From a virus (Duplodnaviria; Caudoviricetes): 64,000 nt of DNA. Positions 19,517 to 30,800 of this stretch are shown piece after piece; the first letter of the stretch is position 1; every line of letters begins with the position of its first letter. A program made the translations under genes and the position numbers. The notes under the pieces were generated by a model. That model was not told the origin of the DNA. It ran no database searches and saw nothing but the letters and a program-made list of their open reading frames with translations. Location: positions 25,272-89,271 of the IMG/VR virus record IMGVR_UViG_3300042888_001972; one strand, 5' to 3'.

Positions 19517-20467
19517 TTATAAATCTAATAATTTTAATGTGTATTCAATACTACTTTCAGGTGATAAGTATTTTTCATAATACTCTCTAGCGTTTGTTGA
19601 AATAAAATTCAAAAATTCTTTATCGTCTTTTACTTCTAAAAATTTTTTTGTTATCATATCCGCATGATGTTGTAACCCATTTCTATCTAAGTTCATCCAA
19701 TCTTTTAAGTCATCCGGTCTTTTAACTGAAATATAATGATAATTCGGAATCAATGGTTCGTGAAATTCACTTGTAAATTCAAATCTAATGAATGGAATAC
19801 CCATTGCCATACATTCTATATCTCTATAACAAATTTCAGCTCTACCTGCAACAGAAAATGCAACTTCAAAATTCAACATTTCGTTAGCGTAATTTTCAAA
19901 CCCACCAATTGGTCCTCCACCATAAAAAACATCAGGACTAAAATAATTAAGAATAGGTCTTGTTGATGTATCTCCTCTGAAATAAAATTTATCATTGGAG
20001 ATGTCCATGGTTTTTCTTAAGTTATAATAATAATCTAAATCATACTCATTTGACGGAAAATATATCCATGGAAAGTATTTGTATTGATTTTGGGGTGAAA
20101 CATGATGATATACTTTTTCTCTAATAAATTGAGAAATAAAAACTTTTTTTACATTATCATACGATTGTAAGTTTAAAGTTGCTGAGGTTAAATCATCAGC
20201 AACTCCAAACACATATGTTTCACCTGTGTCATAATCTTCAATAATCATTTCACATTCGTAGGTCAATACATCAACATCATTTTCATTATGTTGCCACCCC
20301 AGTCTAACTAATTTTTGTCCGAGATGAGCATCTCTATAATATCTATCGGTCACGACATCATGTTTTTCCGACAATTTTTTAATAAAATTATCAAAGAATA
20401 TATTGTAATACCTATATTTTTTACTTTGATGGTTTGTTGGTTGATGAACTATTAATTTTCTACTCAT
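19517..20467 (-). CDS. Putative GT-B glycosyltransferase (GT90/GT47-like)
   Basis: KFYFRG, CYRDIECMAMG, LIPNYHYI, NAREYYEKYL. Confidence 0.6.
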   Translation of the reverse strand: MSRKLIVHQPTNHQSKKYRYYNIFFDNFIKKLSEKHDVVTDRYYRDAHLGQKLVRLGWQHNENDVDVLTYECEMIIEDYDTGETYVFGVADDLTSATLNLQSYDNVKKVFISQFIREKVYHHVSPQNQYKYFPWIYFPSNEYDLDYYYNLRKTMDISNDKFYFRGDTSTRPILNYFSPDVFYGGGPIGGFENYANEMLNFEVAFSVAGRAEICYRDIECMAMGIPFIRFEFTSEFHEPLIPNYHYISVKRPDDLKDWMNLDRNGLQHHADMITKKFLEVKDDKEFLNFISTNAREYYEKYLSPESSIEYTLKLLDL

Positions 20468-20475
20468 TAATTTTA

Positions 20476-21741
20476 TTAACTAACTATATTATGGTGTAAT
20501 CTGCCTGTTATTCTATCACACCATCCTTTAGATGTTGAAAACGGCCATACAACCCAATGTGATGGTAATTCGTCTGTTTGGAATTCTCTCCACACTTTAC
20601 AATATTTGTCAGGGTCTCTCATAAAACCAGCAATTTCGTTTTTATCAGCATCTTTTCTAAATAAAGTCTCATCTTTATCATTATGGAATGCAACAACCCA
20701 AAACTCATAATCTTTTTCAGGTACTTGGTCATAACCAATATCAATACAATGTTTGAACATCATACAAAAACTATCTTTCCATTCTTGCTCTGTTTCAAAA
20801 TTATATGGATTTGGTGGGTAGTTTTTATCTAAAGTGTATTTATCAATCGCTCTCTTTTCAAATAACAACCCTGAATACTTTTCGTAGTCTGTTAAGGTTC
20901 TAATTGGACCAAATCCAAATGGACCATCATGTCCTTCTTGTTTTTCACCATCCATACCAAATAGTTTTCTATTTGTAAAATGAGAATGTTTGTTTTTCTC
21001 CCCCCACGTTTTGTCGTCATCCCATTGTTTGGTTCTACCTTTACGAGTATATTCATGATATACCACAGGAATTTGTGGATGGAACAAATCGTAACCCCAA
21101 GTATAAGCTCTTGCCGCGATTGAAATTTCTTCACCATGAAAATAATATTCAGGGTTGTGTTGGACTTCTAACGAGAAGGCACCCAATGTAAAACAAAAGT
21201 GTGCTGAATAGAATCTTGCCGTCACAGGTTTTTTCATTTCTCTCCATCCCGGGATTGTTTCAGGTAAAAAGAATACAGCACCTTCAGGGATGAATCTATC
21301 GAATACCATTCTCCATGCTTCATTCACTCTACCTGCTGGGTCATTTTCAGGGTCAAAAGATGGTACGTAACCTGTTAACAAAGGTTTCTCATATCCGTCT
21401 TTTTGAAGACCTTTAATCATCTTGATTAAAATATCGTCCCAATCTTTAACAAATCTCATATGAGAATCTATTTGAAGGGTATATGTCTCACCACCATAAA
21501 GTTGTTGAGTTAGATTTCTTGCCCAACAAACACCTTTGGATTCTTCGTATGGAATATCCAAGATTTTAAATCTTTTATCTTTTCTATAGTCTTCTAATTT
21601 ATCGAATCCATCGTCTTCACTAAATTGTCTTGCAATTCCAAAATGAATATTTTTAGGTTTCTTGGCGTTCTCCAACATATTTTTAATTGTTGGTTCTAAT
21701 TGTGGGTCTCGGTAAGAGGCGATTTGAACAAATATTTTCAT
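20476..21741 (-). CDS. GT60-family polypeptide alpha-GlcNAc transferase (Skp1 Gnt1/Gnt2-like)
   Basis: IFVQIASYRD, GVCWAR, LQIDSHMRF (DSH motif), FHGEEI, WGYDLFHP. Confidence 0.85.
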   Translation of the reverse strand: MKIFVQIASYRDPQLEPTIKNMLENAKKPKNIHFGIARQFSEDDGFDKLEDYRKDKRFKILDIPYEESKGVCWARNLTQQLYGGETYTLQIDSHMRFVKDWDDILIKMIKGLQKDGYEKPLLTGYVPSFDPENDPAGRVNEAWRMVFDRFIPEGAVFFLPETIPGWREMKKPVTARFYSAHFCFTLGAFSLEVQHNPEYYFHGEEISIAARAYTWGYDLFHPQIPVVYHEYTRKGRTKQWDDDKTWGEKNKHSHFTNRKLFGMDGEKQEGHDGPFGFGPIRTLTDYEKYSGLLFEKRAIDKYTLDKNYPPNPYNFETEQEWKDSFCMMFKHCIDIGYDQVPEKDYEFWVVAFHNDKDETLFRKDADKNEIAGFMRDPDKYCKVWREFQTDELPSHWVVWPFSTSKGWCDRITGRLHHNIVS

Positions 21742-21765
21742 AGTATTACTTTTTGTTTTAAAAAT

Positions 21766-21794
21766 AAAAAACCCTCGAGATAAGTCGAGGGTTT
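21766..21794 (-). terminator. Intrinsic terminator after the Pro/Thr-repeat genes
   Basis: Minus strand AAACCCTCGA-cttatc-TCGAGGGTTT followed by T residues. Confidence 0.75.
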
Positions 21795-21817
21795 AATGAA
21801 ATATATTTTATTTTTTT

Positions 21818-23788
21818 TTATATACATCCCACTGGGTTTACAAATGTAATTACACCTGGACCAGATGTACCATCTATTTCAATACTTTTAGTTCCATCAG
21901 AATACCATCCATCAGGAGCTTCGTTAGTTGGAGGTATACCTGCAGTTAAGTATAACGTTTCTCCCACGTTAGGACCAGGTCCTCCCGCAACAGTTCCGTA
22001 AATTGTTTGTGGTGTTGCAATACACGCCGCATTTTCCGTTCCTCCTGTTCCTAAACTATATGTATAATAAGCGAAGGTTGATGTAGGAGTTGGTGTTTGA
22101 GTAGATGTTTGTGTAGGGGTTTGTGTATTTGTTGGTGTAGGAGTTTGCGTAGATGTTTGTGTCGGTGTTGGAGTTAATGTTTGACATACGCTAAATCCTC
22201 CTGTTTGTGTACCATTATTTAATTGAACAACAATTTGAGAGTTATTAAAATAACCGTTTAAGTTTTCAGTGCTTGGTCCAATAATTGTATTATAGAATAT
22301 AATATTTTCATCAAATAAAGAATCTTCACCATAAATTGTTATTGATGGGAAATATTGTCCACACGCCTCGTCAGATGTTGTTCCTGAATATACTGTAAAT
22401 GCAAATCTATTACCTGTTGGTGTTGGTGTTTGAGTTGGTGTTCCTGTTGGTGTTTGTGTTTGAGTTGGTGTTTGAGTTGGTGTAGGAGTTGCCGTTAATG
22501 TGGTTGTTGTAGTTGGTGTTTGAGTTTGTGTTTGAGTTGGTGTAGGAGTTTGTGTAGGAGTTGCCGTTAATGTGGTTGTTGTAGTTGGTGTTTGAGTAGA
22601 TGTTTGTGTAGGAGTTTGAGTCTGAGTTTGAGTCGGTGTTGGTGTTAATGTTTGACAAGCAACATAACCACCTGTTTCTACTCCATTATTTAATTGAACA
22701 ACAATTTGAGAATTGTTGAAATATCCTGTTAAGTTTCCAACACTTGGTCCAACAATTGTGTCATAAAGTATTGTGTTATCATCAAAAGTTTGTTCTTCAC
22801 CATAAATTGTTATTGATGGGAAATATTGTCCACACGCCTCGTCAGAGGTTGTCCCTGAATAAACACTAAACATAAATCTATTTGCAGTTGGAGTTGGTGT
22901 TTGAGTTGGGGTTCCTGTTGGAGTATTAGTTGGAGTATTAGTTGGTGTTTCCGTATTTGTCGGAGTATTTGTTGGAGTTTCTGCCGGTGTTCCTGTATTT
23001 GTTGGTGTATTTGTTGGAGTACTAGTTGGAGTTGCCGTTGGTAATCCAATACAACCATTAGGGTCTGATTGTGTAATTTCACCTAAACCTCCTGATACAA
23101 TAAACCAAGCGGTTCCATTAGAATAATATCCATCAGAAACAGGATTAGTTAATGGGTTGCCAGGTGTTTGATATAAGAATTCACCAACATTAGGACCCGG
23201 TCCATCAACTACTTGACCATAAACCGTTTGAGGTGATGCAGCAAAGTTATTACAAGCATCACTTGCATTATTTCCAAAACCTAAACTATAAATAAAATAT
23301 AAAAAAGTTGTGGTTGGAGTTTGAGTCTGAGTTGGTGTTGGAGTATTAGTTGGAGTTTCTGTATTTGTTGGTGTTGGTGTTTGTGTTGGTGTACCTGTTT
23401 GTGTCGGAGTTTGAGTTTGAGTTTGGGTAGGAGTATTTGTAGGAGTTTCCGTATTAGTTGGAGTTTGAGTTTGTGTTTGAGTTTGGGTTGGTGTAGGCGT
23501 ATTTGTGGCCGTATTACTTGGCGTTGGAGTATTTGTTGAAGTTGGTGTATTAGTTGGAGTTGGCGTATTACTAGCAGTAACCGGAGGAAATGCTCCTTGG
23601 TTTACCAATACAACATAAGGTCTAAATGAAGGTGCAATTGAATAAGTATTATTAAGTAACCAAATATTCTTAGTTTGATTTGGATTTAATTCAACTTGGT
23701 ATTGCCATAGAGAATCATCACATCTTCTATAGTTAAAGTTCACTAAAGTGGAACCTGTATTTGTTAAAGTATATTTACTACATGCCAT
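21818..23788 (-). CDS. Mucin-like Pro/Thr-repeat protein with duplicated globular modules
   Basis: 656 aa; four TPT[N/Q/E] tracts separate Cys-containing modules. Confidence 0.85.
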   Translation of the reverse strand: MACSKYTLTNTGSTLVNFNYRRCDDSLWQYQVELNPNQTKNIWLLNNTYSIAPSFRPYVVLVNQGAFPPVTASNTPTPTNTPTSTNTPTPSNTATNTPTPTQTQTQTQTPTNTETPTNTPTQTQTQTPTQTGTPTQTPTPTNTETPTNTPTPTQTQTPTTTFLYFIYSLGFGNNASDACNNFAASPQTVYGQVVDGPGPNVGEFLYQTPGNPLTNPVSDGYYSNGTAWFIVSGGLGEITQSDPNGCIGLPTATPTSTPTNTPTNTGTPAETPTNTPTNTETPTNTPTNTPTGTPTQTPTPTANRFMFSVYSGTTSDEACGQYFPSITIYGEEQTFDDNTILYDTIVGPSVGNLTGYFNNSQIVVQLNNGVETGGYVACQTLTPTPTQTQTQTPTQTSTQTPTTTTTLTATPTQTPTPTQTQTQTPTTTTTLTATPTPTQTPTQTQTPTGTPTQTPTPTGNRFAFTVYSGTTSDEACGQYFPSITIYGEDSLFDENIIFYNTIIGPSTENLNGYFNNSQIVVQLNNGTQTGGFSVCQTLTPTPTQTSTQTPTPTNTQTPTQTSTQTPTPTSTFAYYTYSLGTGGTENAACIATPQTIYGTVAGGPGPNVGETLYLTAGIPPTNEAPDGWYSDGTKSIEIDGTSGPGVITFVNPVGCI

Positions 23789-23878
23789 CTTATTTTTGTT
23801 TTATATATAAATACTATAATAGTATTGATTTTATGTTTTTATCTTAAATTATTTTTTTATTTCAAAGGATATTAAAGA

Positions 23879-26662
23879 TTATGATGGGTCCGCCATTGTA
23901 ATTATTAGTACATCACTCGATAATAATGGTACTCCACCTAAAGTTACATCTACATTTTGACTACCACCATAAAGTGAATTCAATATTACAGTACCATTAA
24001 GAGTAATAGTTAAAACACAGTCAGATGGAAGAGTTGTTGATATATTTATCCCCGGAGAATTACTAGTACCGTTTTGATAACCCAAAAATGTATTACCTCC
24101 TGTTACTGGAAATGAACCTTGTTCATATTGAAATGTTAAGTTACCCGGATAACTTGCACTATCGAAAAAACTATTTATAGTACTTCCTGAAACAGAAGAA
24201 TTTGTAATTGTAACATTAATAATTGGTGAAGGTGTTGGTGTTTGAGTTGGTGTTTGAGTCGGAGTCCCTGTATTAGTTGTTGTTGTTGTTGGTGTAGGGG
24301 TTGGTGTAGGAGGTGCAACAATTTCAAGAGTAAATTTATAAAAAGTTGAACCACTACCCCAAGTCCAATCATAACTTCCCGGAGTTAATCCTAAACTTGA
24401 AATGGTTTTTCCATTGTAAATTGTTGAGCCAGTCATAAAACTACCTGAAGTATATGTAGAAGGAAGTAGTATAAAACTATTACCCCCCACTCCAAAAGGA
24501 CTTCCTGTCGAAGTATCCCCAAATATTTGTGGACCAGAACCAAAACTAACTGGACTTGTAAATGTAATACCTGAAATTGGGTCGTATCTATTCAATTCTG
24601 ATACATTAGAATCAGAACCAATTAAAATTTGACGACTACCAGGATACACATAACTATCGATGGCTTGAAGGTTTACGAATTGAAATAAATCTGTATAATC
24701 AATAACCCCTGAACCTGACATCACAACATTAGGTCCATCTTCAAACACTCTAACATAATAATTAGGTGCAGGAATTGTTGGTGTCGGAGTTGGTGTTCCC
24801 GTGTTAGTCGGAGTATTAGTTGGTGTTGTTGTTGGTGTTGGTGTGTTTGTAGGAGTGTTTGTTGGTGTCTCAGTATTAGTTGGAGTTGGAGTTTGAGTAA
24901 TTAAACCAGCACATCCTAATGGGTTTGATGAAGTAATTTGTCCAAAACCACCTGTAACTTGATACCATGCAGTTCCGTTAGAATAATATCCATCTGGTAC
25001 GGCATCTGTAAGAGGTCTTCCTTCGGTTTCGTATAAATATTCACCCACGTTTGGACCTACACCACCTTCAATTGTTCCGTAAATTGTTTGTGGTACAGCA
25101 ATACACGCATCATTAGAAGTTGCACCTGTCCCTAAACTATACGTATACCATGCAAATGTTGATGTAGGTGTAGAAGTTTGAGTAGGTGTTTGTGTATTTG
25201 TTGGTGTATTTGTTGGTGTATTTGTTGGAGTATTTGTTGGTGTACTTGTTTGAGTTTGAGTTTGAGTTTGAGTTGGTGTTTGAGTTGGTGTTGGAGTTTC
25301 TGTGTTTGTAGGGGTTACGGTATTAGTGGGAGTTTGTGTATTAGTTGGAGTATTAGTAGGAGTTTCGGTATTAGTTGGTGTGTTTGTTGGCGTTTCCGCA
25401 GGTGTTCCTGTATTAGTTGGTGTATTAGTTGGAGTTTCCGTATTAGTTGGTGTATTAGTTGGAGTTTCCGTATTTGTCGGTGTGTTAGTTGGAGTCTCTG
25501 TATTAGTTGGTGTGTTAGTCGGAGTTTCCGTATTTGTCGGTGTGTTAGTTGGAGTTTCTGTTGGAGTTTGTGTTGGAGTTTCTGTATTAGTTGGTGTTGG
25601 TGTTGGAGTCACAGGACAAGCAGAAATCGAAACAATAGTCGCACCTGTTGTACATCCAATCCCACAATCAGTACTTAATTGATATTCTATTCCATCAATT
25701 GCATACCATCCTTCAGGGTTTCCTGTATTTGGACCGCTTGGGTCAGAGAAAAATGCAGTACTTGCACTAAACACCGGGTTGTTACCCCATATTGTTGCAA
25801 CTTGAGCACAATTACATGAAACACCACTATTATTTTCACTATGACAAATATTGTCAAATTCATATCTAATAGGTTCTGTCGGGGATGGTGTTATTGTTGG
25901 TGTATTAGTTGGTGTTGTTGTTGGCGTTGAACTTACAATAGGTGTTGATGTATTAGTAGGTGTATTAGTTGGCGTCTGTGTATTAGTTGATGTATTAGTT
26001 GGTGTTGGAGTAGGTGTTGTCACAACACTTAAACAAGTCGAACAATTATCATAATCTATTGATAATGATGATACATAATCAGAACCAGTTCCCGGGGCCT
26101 CAGTATTAACAATTTCATAACACCCATCTGATGTTTCTCCTGAGAATGTTAAATAATAATTCCCTCCAATCACAGGAAGAGATACACTATTAAAATCAAC
26201 ATTTAAAGCAGTACCACCCAAACAAGGGGCAATAAGGTATGTTACCAAAATTTGAATTTGAGTTTGTGTTGGAGTTTGTGTTGGTGTACTAGTTTGAGTA
26301 TTAGTCGGAGTTGAAGTAGTAGTATTAGTTGGAGTATTAGTTGGTGTTTGAGTTGAAGTGGTAGTATTAGTTGGCGTATTAGTTGGAGTTGATGTATTAG
26401 TAGGGGTATTAGTTGGAGTATTAGTTGGTGTTGAAGTACTAGTCATTGTTGGCGTAGGTGTCGGAGCTAAAACATCTAAACTATAAGTGTATCCGTATGT
26501 TGGCACATAACAATTATATGTTCCATACACATAGTCTGAAATATAATTAAATGGGAACACCTGAGTCCCAAGACTAATTGTTCCACCTGATTGAGGTAGA
26601 AACGTTACATTTGTGGTTAAACCACTTAAATTATCACTTAAAATTCTTATTCCTAATGCCAT
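23879..26662 (-). CDS. Mucin-like Pro/Thr-repeat protein
   Basis: 927 aa; five PT tracts including ([10 protein letters not shown])n; shares the GPNVGE module with the 656-aa protein. Confidence 0.85.
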   Translation of the reverse strand: MALGIRILSDNLSGLTTNVTFLPQSGGTISLGTQVFPFNYISDYVYGTYNCYVPTYGYTYSLDVLAPTPTPTMTSTSTPTNTPTNTPTNTSTPTNTPTNTTTSTQTPTNTPTNTTTSTPTNTQTSTPTQTPTQTQIQILVTYLIAPCLGGTALNVDFNSVSLPVIGGNYYLTFSGETSDGCYEIVNTEAPGTGSDYVSSLSIDYDNCSTCLSVVTTPTPTPTNTSTNTQTPTNTPTNTSTPIVSSTPTTTPTNTPTITPSPTEPIRYEFDNICHSENNSGVSCNCAQVATIWGNNPVFSASTAFFSDPSGPNTGNPEGWYAIDGIEYQLSTDCGIGCTTGATIVSISACPVTPTPTPTNTETPTQTPTETPTNTPTNTETPTNTPTNTETPTNTPTNTETPTNTPTNTETPTNTPTNTGTPAETPTNTPTNTETPTNTPTNTQTPTNTVTPTNTETPTPTQTPTQTQTQTQTSTPTNTPTNTPTNTPTNTQTPTQTSTPTSTFAWYTYSLGTGATSNDACIAVPQTIYGTIEGGVGPNVGEYLYETEGRPLTDAVPDGYYSNGTAWYQVTGGFGQITSSNPLGCAGLITQTPTPTNTETPTNTPTNTPTPTTTPTNTPTNTGTPTPTPTIPAPNYYVRVFEDGPNVVMSGSGVIDYTDLFQFVNLQAIDSYVYPGSRQILIGSDSNVSELNRYDPISGITFTSPVSFGSGPQIFGDTSTGSPFGVGGNSFILLPSTYTSGSFMTGSTIYNGKTISSLGLTPGSYDWTWGSGSTFYKFTLEIVAPPTPTPTPTTTTTNTGTPTQTPTQTPTPSPIINVTITNSSVSGSTINSFFDSASYPGNLTFQYEQGSFPVTGGNTFLGYQNGTSNSPGINISTTLPSDCVLTITLNGTVILNSLYGGSQNVDVTLGGVPLLSSDVLIITMADPS

Positions 26663-26700
26663 ATCAATAAATACTCTATTTTTCTTATTTTATTTTTTTT

Positions 26701-27264
26701 TTAACAAACACCTTGATTTATAATTAATGTTCCCGATATCTGTATAAATCTTCCACCATCCGATATTGTAAAATTAGCATTAACCGGTGGTATAGTTAAC
26801 TCTCTATTACCGTAAACATGGTCACCAACAATAAGTTGGGTAAAAGGTTTTATTGAATATACCGTGACATTAGTAGGATTTGCAAATGAATTTACCGATT
26901 CACACACATTTTGATACCAACCACCAGTTCTTAAATTTTGAATATAAATTGGTTGAGGTGTATTTGATGGTGTTGCGGTATTGGTTGGTGTTGGAGTCTG
27001 AGTAACCGGAGTTGGAGTTAAACTCACAGTAGGGGTTACTGATGGTGTAATTGATGGTGTTGGTGTATTTGAAGGACACAGTCCAATATTATTTATTGTT
27101 AATGGTGCACCATAATCTTCTTGAGTTAAGTCATCCGCGCAAACAAAATCAGTTTGTAATGGATTTACTTGTGAAACACTAATAATTCCTGTACAACCTG
27201 TCCATTTATAATATCCTTCTTGAATATTATTATAATTGGTTATTTGATATTGATAACAACTCAT
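26701..27264 (-). CDS. Small Pro/Thr-linker protein
   Basis: 187 aa; N-terminal Cys module like that of the 656-aa protein; central PT tract. Confidence 0.8.
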   Translation of the reverse strand: MSCYQYQITNYNNIQEGYYKWTGCTGIISVSQVNPLQTDFVCADDLTQEDYGAPLTINNIGLCPSNTPTPSITPSVTPTVSLTPTPVTQTPTPTNTATPSNTPQPIYIQNLRTGGWYQNVCESVNSFANPTNVTVYSIKPFTQLIVGDHVYGNRELTIPPVNANFTISDGGRFIQISGTLIINQGVC

Positions 27265-27322
27265 CTCTATATTTTATTTTTTTTTATTTTATAAATATGT
27301 TTTTATAGTCCGTATTTTGATT

Positions 27323-27829
27323 TTAACTTATTTTAATATATCCGTAATTTACTACCTGAGATGTACCACTGTTATTGGTTATACCAAATGTAAAGGTATT
27401 TGTATTTGAACCCGCCGGTGCTGAAGTACTAATACTTCCCGCAGTTCCAACTATCTGACTTGGTATTGATGTTAACTCCAAAGCATTTCCCGCAAGATAA
27501 TACCAACCATATTGTACACCTATTGCAGGTACGTTTGTGTTTGATAATGTTACTGTTGCATTCCAATTAACAATACCGTTTGGAATATTTCCATTCACCC
27601 ACATAACATATGATTGACCTGCAGTAACTGTAAAACTAACAGTATTTGTGCCTGCGGATAAAGTCCAACTTCCTGAGACAGGTGAGACCACATTTGTAGA
27701 ATATCCACTAAATAATGTTTCTTTAGAAACTTTAAATGATTCTGTATTACCACTATTGTTTATAACAATAAATGTTCCGTTGGTATTTCCCGTAAATGTT
27801 GGTAATGCACTTATTTTTGTATTTGCCAT
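27323..27829 (-). CDS. Beta-rich fibre-associated protein
   Basis: 168 aa; MANTKISALP N-terminus typical of fibre subunits; rich in T/S/G/N. Confidence 0.55.
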   Translation of the reverse strand: MANTKISALPTFTGNTNGTFIVINNSGNTESFKVSKETLFSGYSTNVVSPVSGSWTLSAGTNTVSFTVTAGQSYVMWVNGNIPNGIVNWNATVTLSNTNVPAIGVQYGWYYLAGNALELTSIPSQIVGTAGSISTSAPAGSNTNTFTFGITNNSGTSQVVNYGYIKIS

Positions 27830-27849
27830 TTTATTTTATATTAATGTTT

Positions 27850-30800
27850 TTATAATCCATATTTTAATTTATCTGCGTTGAAGTTTTGTAAAACTTGTGC
27901 AGAGGTAAGTGATGCGTTGTATAAACGAGTTATACCAATTTTTCCATCAAACCATTGAGCAAACTCACCTCCATTGTAACTACCTATGTAAAGTGGGTTA
28001 GTTGAGTTTAATATACTCGACAAATTATGACCAACACTTCCTATACTTACACCATTTACAAATGTCTCAAGTGTCTTAGATGCAACATTGGTAAACACAT
28101 AAACTATCTGATACCAAGTACCAATCGTTCCAACGTAGTTTGTACTATTAACAAACAATGATGAACCACTACCACTACCGGAACCTATTTGAGCATAATA
28201 AGTTGTATTTGTTGTTCTAATACTATAACTCACATCAAGAGATAATCCACCATTATCAAATTTTCCAAGTACAACATCATTACCCAAAACCGATTGGTTA
28301 ACCCATACTTCCATAGTCCAATTCCCACTTCCTGGTTCTAATAATACATTATCTACAACACTAACTTGTGATGAGGTTCCATTGTATGTGAAGTATGGTG
28401 ATGTATATGTGATATTGGACATTGTTCCATTTAATCCATTACCTGATAAATCATTAATTGTTGTACCAGTACCGGGGTAACTTGATGGATTACTTGGGTC
28501 ATAATATAACCTAAGGTTACTTGTTACAGGTGCATTAGGTGTTGTGGATGGTGTTTGAGTTTGAGTAACTGTTGGTGTGTTAGTATTTGTTGGCGTTGTC
28601 GTATTTGTTGGTGTAGGTGATAGAATAATATCAATTTGAATATTATCATCATTTTCCGCAGTTGCAACTGAATTATCTTCAAATAATAAGAAATCTAAAT
28701 CAGGTAAAGTTGGAGTTGGTGTTGTTGTATTTGTTGGTGTAGTTGTATTTGTCGGAGTTGGAGTATTGGTAGGGGTTTTACTTGGAGTGTTAGTAGGTGT
28801 TTCCGTATTTGTTGGTGTTACCGTTGGAGTGCTAGTTGTTGTAGGGGTTGGAGTTGGTTCCAAAAATCTTGTGTAAGTGTTATTATAACTTTGAAGAATG
28901 TCTGATGATGATAATGCCGTATTATAAATTTTTACAATTGCCAAATCCCCATCAGTAAGATTACTTGATATTAAAGTTTCATCCCATCTTCTCATCAGTC
29001 TTATTTCACCACCTGATTGTGAAGCCACTGATGTAGTTAATGTCCCACCAGAAGCAACTCCATTAACATATTGTCTTATTGTCGTACCATCATAAGTACC
29101 AACAACTTGGTACCAATTACCTACAACAGGAACTACTCCTGTAGTTGTTCTCCATAAACCACCACTAAGGTTATAAAACCCTACTGATAGATTAGAATTA
29201 GTTGGCATATTATTCGTACCAATACTAAAATTCAAAACTGAGTTGTTAAATTGGTTTGAAACTATTGACGAAACTTTTCCTACTAATGATGTGGTTAATC
29301 TAAACCAAACCTCAACAGTCCAATTAGATAAAGTTCCAATGTTAGGTATTGTACCATACTCCAAAGACACATCATCAAATTGTAATATTCCATCATAAGA
29401 AGATGAGTATGTTGGTGAATTAAATAATGTAGCATTATTTGCAGTTCCCGCTAAATCAAACCATGTACTACCTGAACCAGGATAAGATGATAAATTTCCT
29501 GAATCAAGATTAATTAATAACCCCGCAGGTTGAGTTGATGATGGTGTTGGTGAAATTGTATTAGTCGGAGTCGGTGTATTAGTTGGTGTTTCTGTATTTG
29601 TTGGAGTCGGAGTATTAGTTGGTGTTTCTGTTGGAGTTGAGGTAGGTGTATTACTTGGAGTTGTGGTAGGAGTTAATCCTATAGTAACTGTAGGTGTTTG
29701 TGTTGTCGTAGGTGTTGGCGTTGGTGTTGGAGTTGAGGTAGGTGTATTACTTGGAGTTGTGGTAGGAGTTAATCCTATAGTAACTGTAGGTGTTTGTGTT
29801 GTCGTAGGTGTTGATGTATTTGTTGGTGTCTGAGTTGGTGATGATGTATTGGTTGGTGTTGTCGTAGGTGTTTGTGTAGGAGTTCCTGTATTTGTAGTTG
29901 TAGGAGTATTTGTTGGTGTTTCCGTATTTGTTGGCGTTTGTGTAGGAGTTTCTGTATTTGTAGGCGTAGGAGTATTTGTTGGTGTTTCCGTATTTGTTGG
30001 TGTTTGAGTTGGTGTTTGAGTTGGAGTTTGCGTATTTGTAGGTGTAGGTGTAGGCGTCCCAGTATTTGTTGGTGTTGGATTTATTAATTCATAATATAAA
30101 TCATTACTTGGTATAGAAAGATAATACAAATCATTATCCGGAATAAAATTATAATATAAATCATTACTCGGAATAAAAATGTAATATAAATCATTACTCG
30201 GAATAAAAATTCTACAATTTAAACAATTAGGGTCTAATAAATTGTATTTTAACTTTAATAAATTAAAGTTATGTTTTATTTGAGATGCATTTAATGGTTC
30301 GGTGTACATTCTAAACGCACTTATATCACCAATCATACTACCCCCAAAATATTCTTCTAGCTTAATGTGAGTTGTTAGACCTGAGTAAATTGTATTATCT
30401 AAATCATGTGTTGTTAAACATTCAGGGTCTTGTTGATAAACAATGTCATTAATTGTAGGAGGACATCCACCTGAAAAAGTTAAATTATCATGAAGACCTT
30501 GAGTTCCTCCACCCAACGATATGTTATATCCAACCCCAATTTGTTTTTCTTTTGGAGTATCTAATAGTCGTGGAATAATTTCTTCAAAGTTTTCTGCAAC
30601 CATGAACAATTTACCATTCACATAGAATTTCATTGTCCCTAATCTATATTTTTCTTCGGCCGTCCAATTATCATTGAATGTTACAATTTCAGTTGTTGCA
30701 GGGTCATATTTTTCCTCGTGAGTAATTGGTGGTTCGATTAAACTAATACTATTGTTTGCAGTTGTCGCAGTATAAATTTCTTTAACAATTAACCCAAGAC

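Noticed and set aside
22410-30087. ORF-track entries 22410, 22810, 23321, 24175, 25178, 25302, 25851 and 29872 (Cys/Trp-, Val/Gly- or Asn-rich)
   Set aside because: Alternative-frame or antisense shadows of the Pro/Thr repeats, which lack stop codons in several frames
21818-30210. Repeat tracts as a possible CRISPR array or DGR template/variable pair
   Set aside because: Repeats are in-frame coding units with synonymous variation and no unique spacers; no cas or reverse transcriptase gene is present
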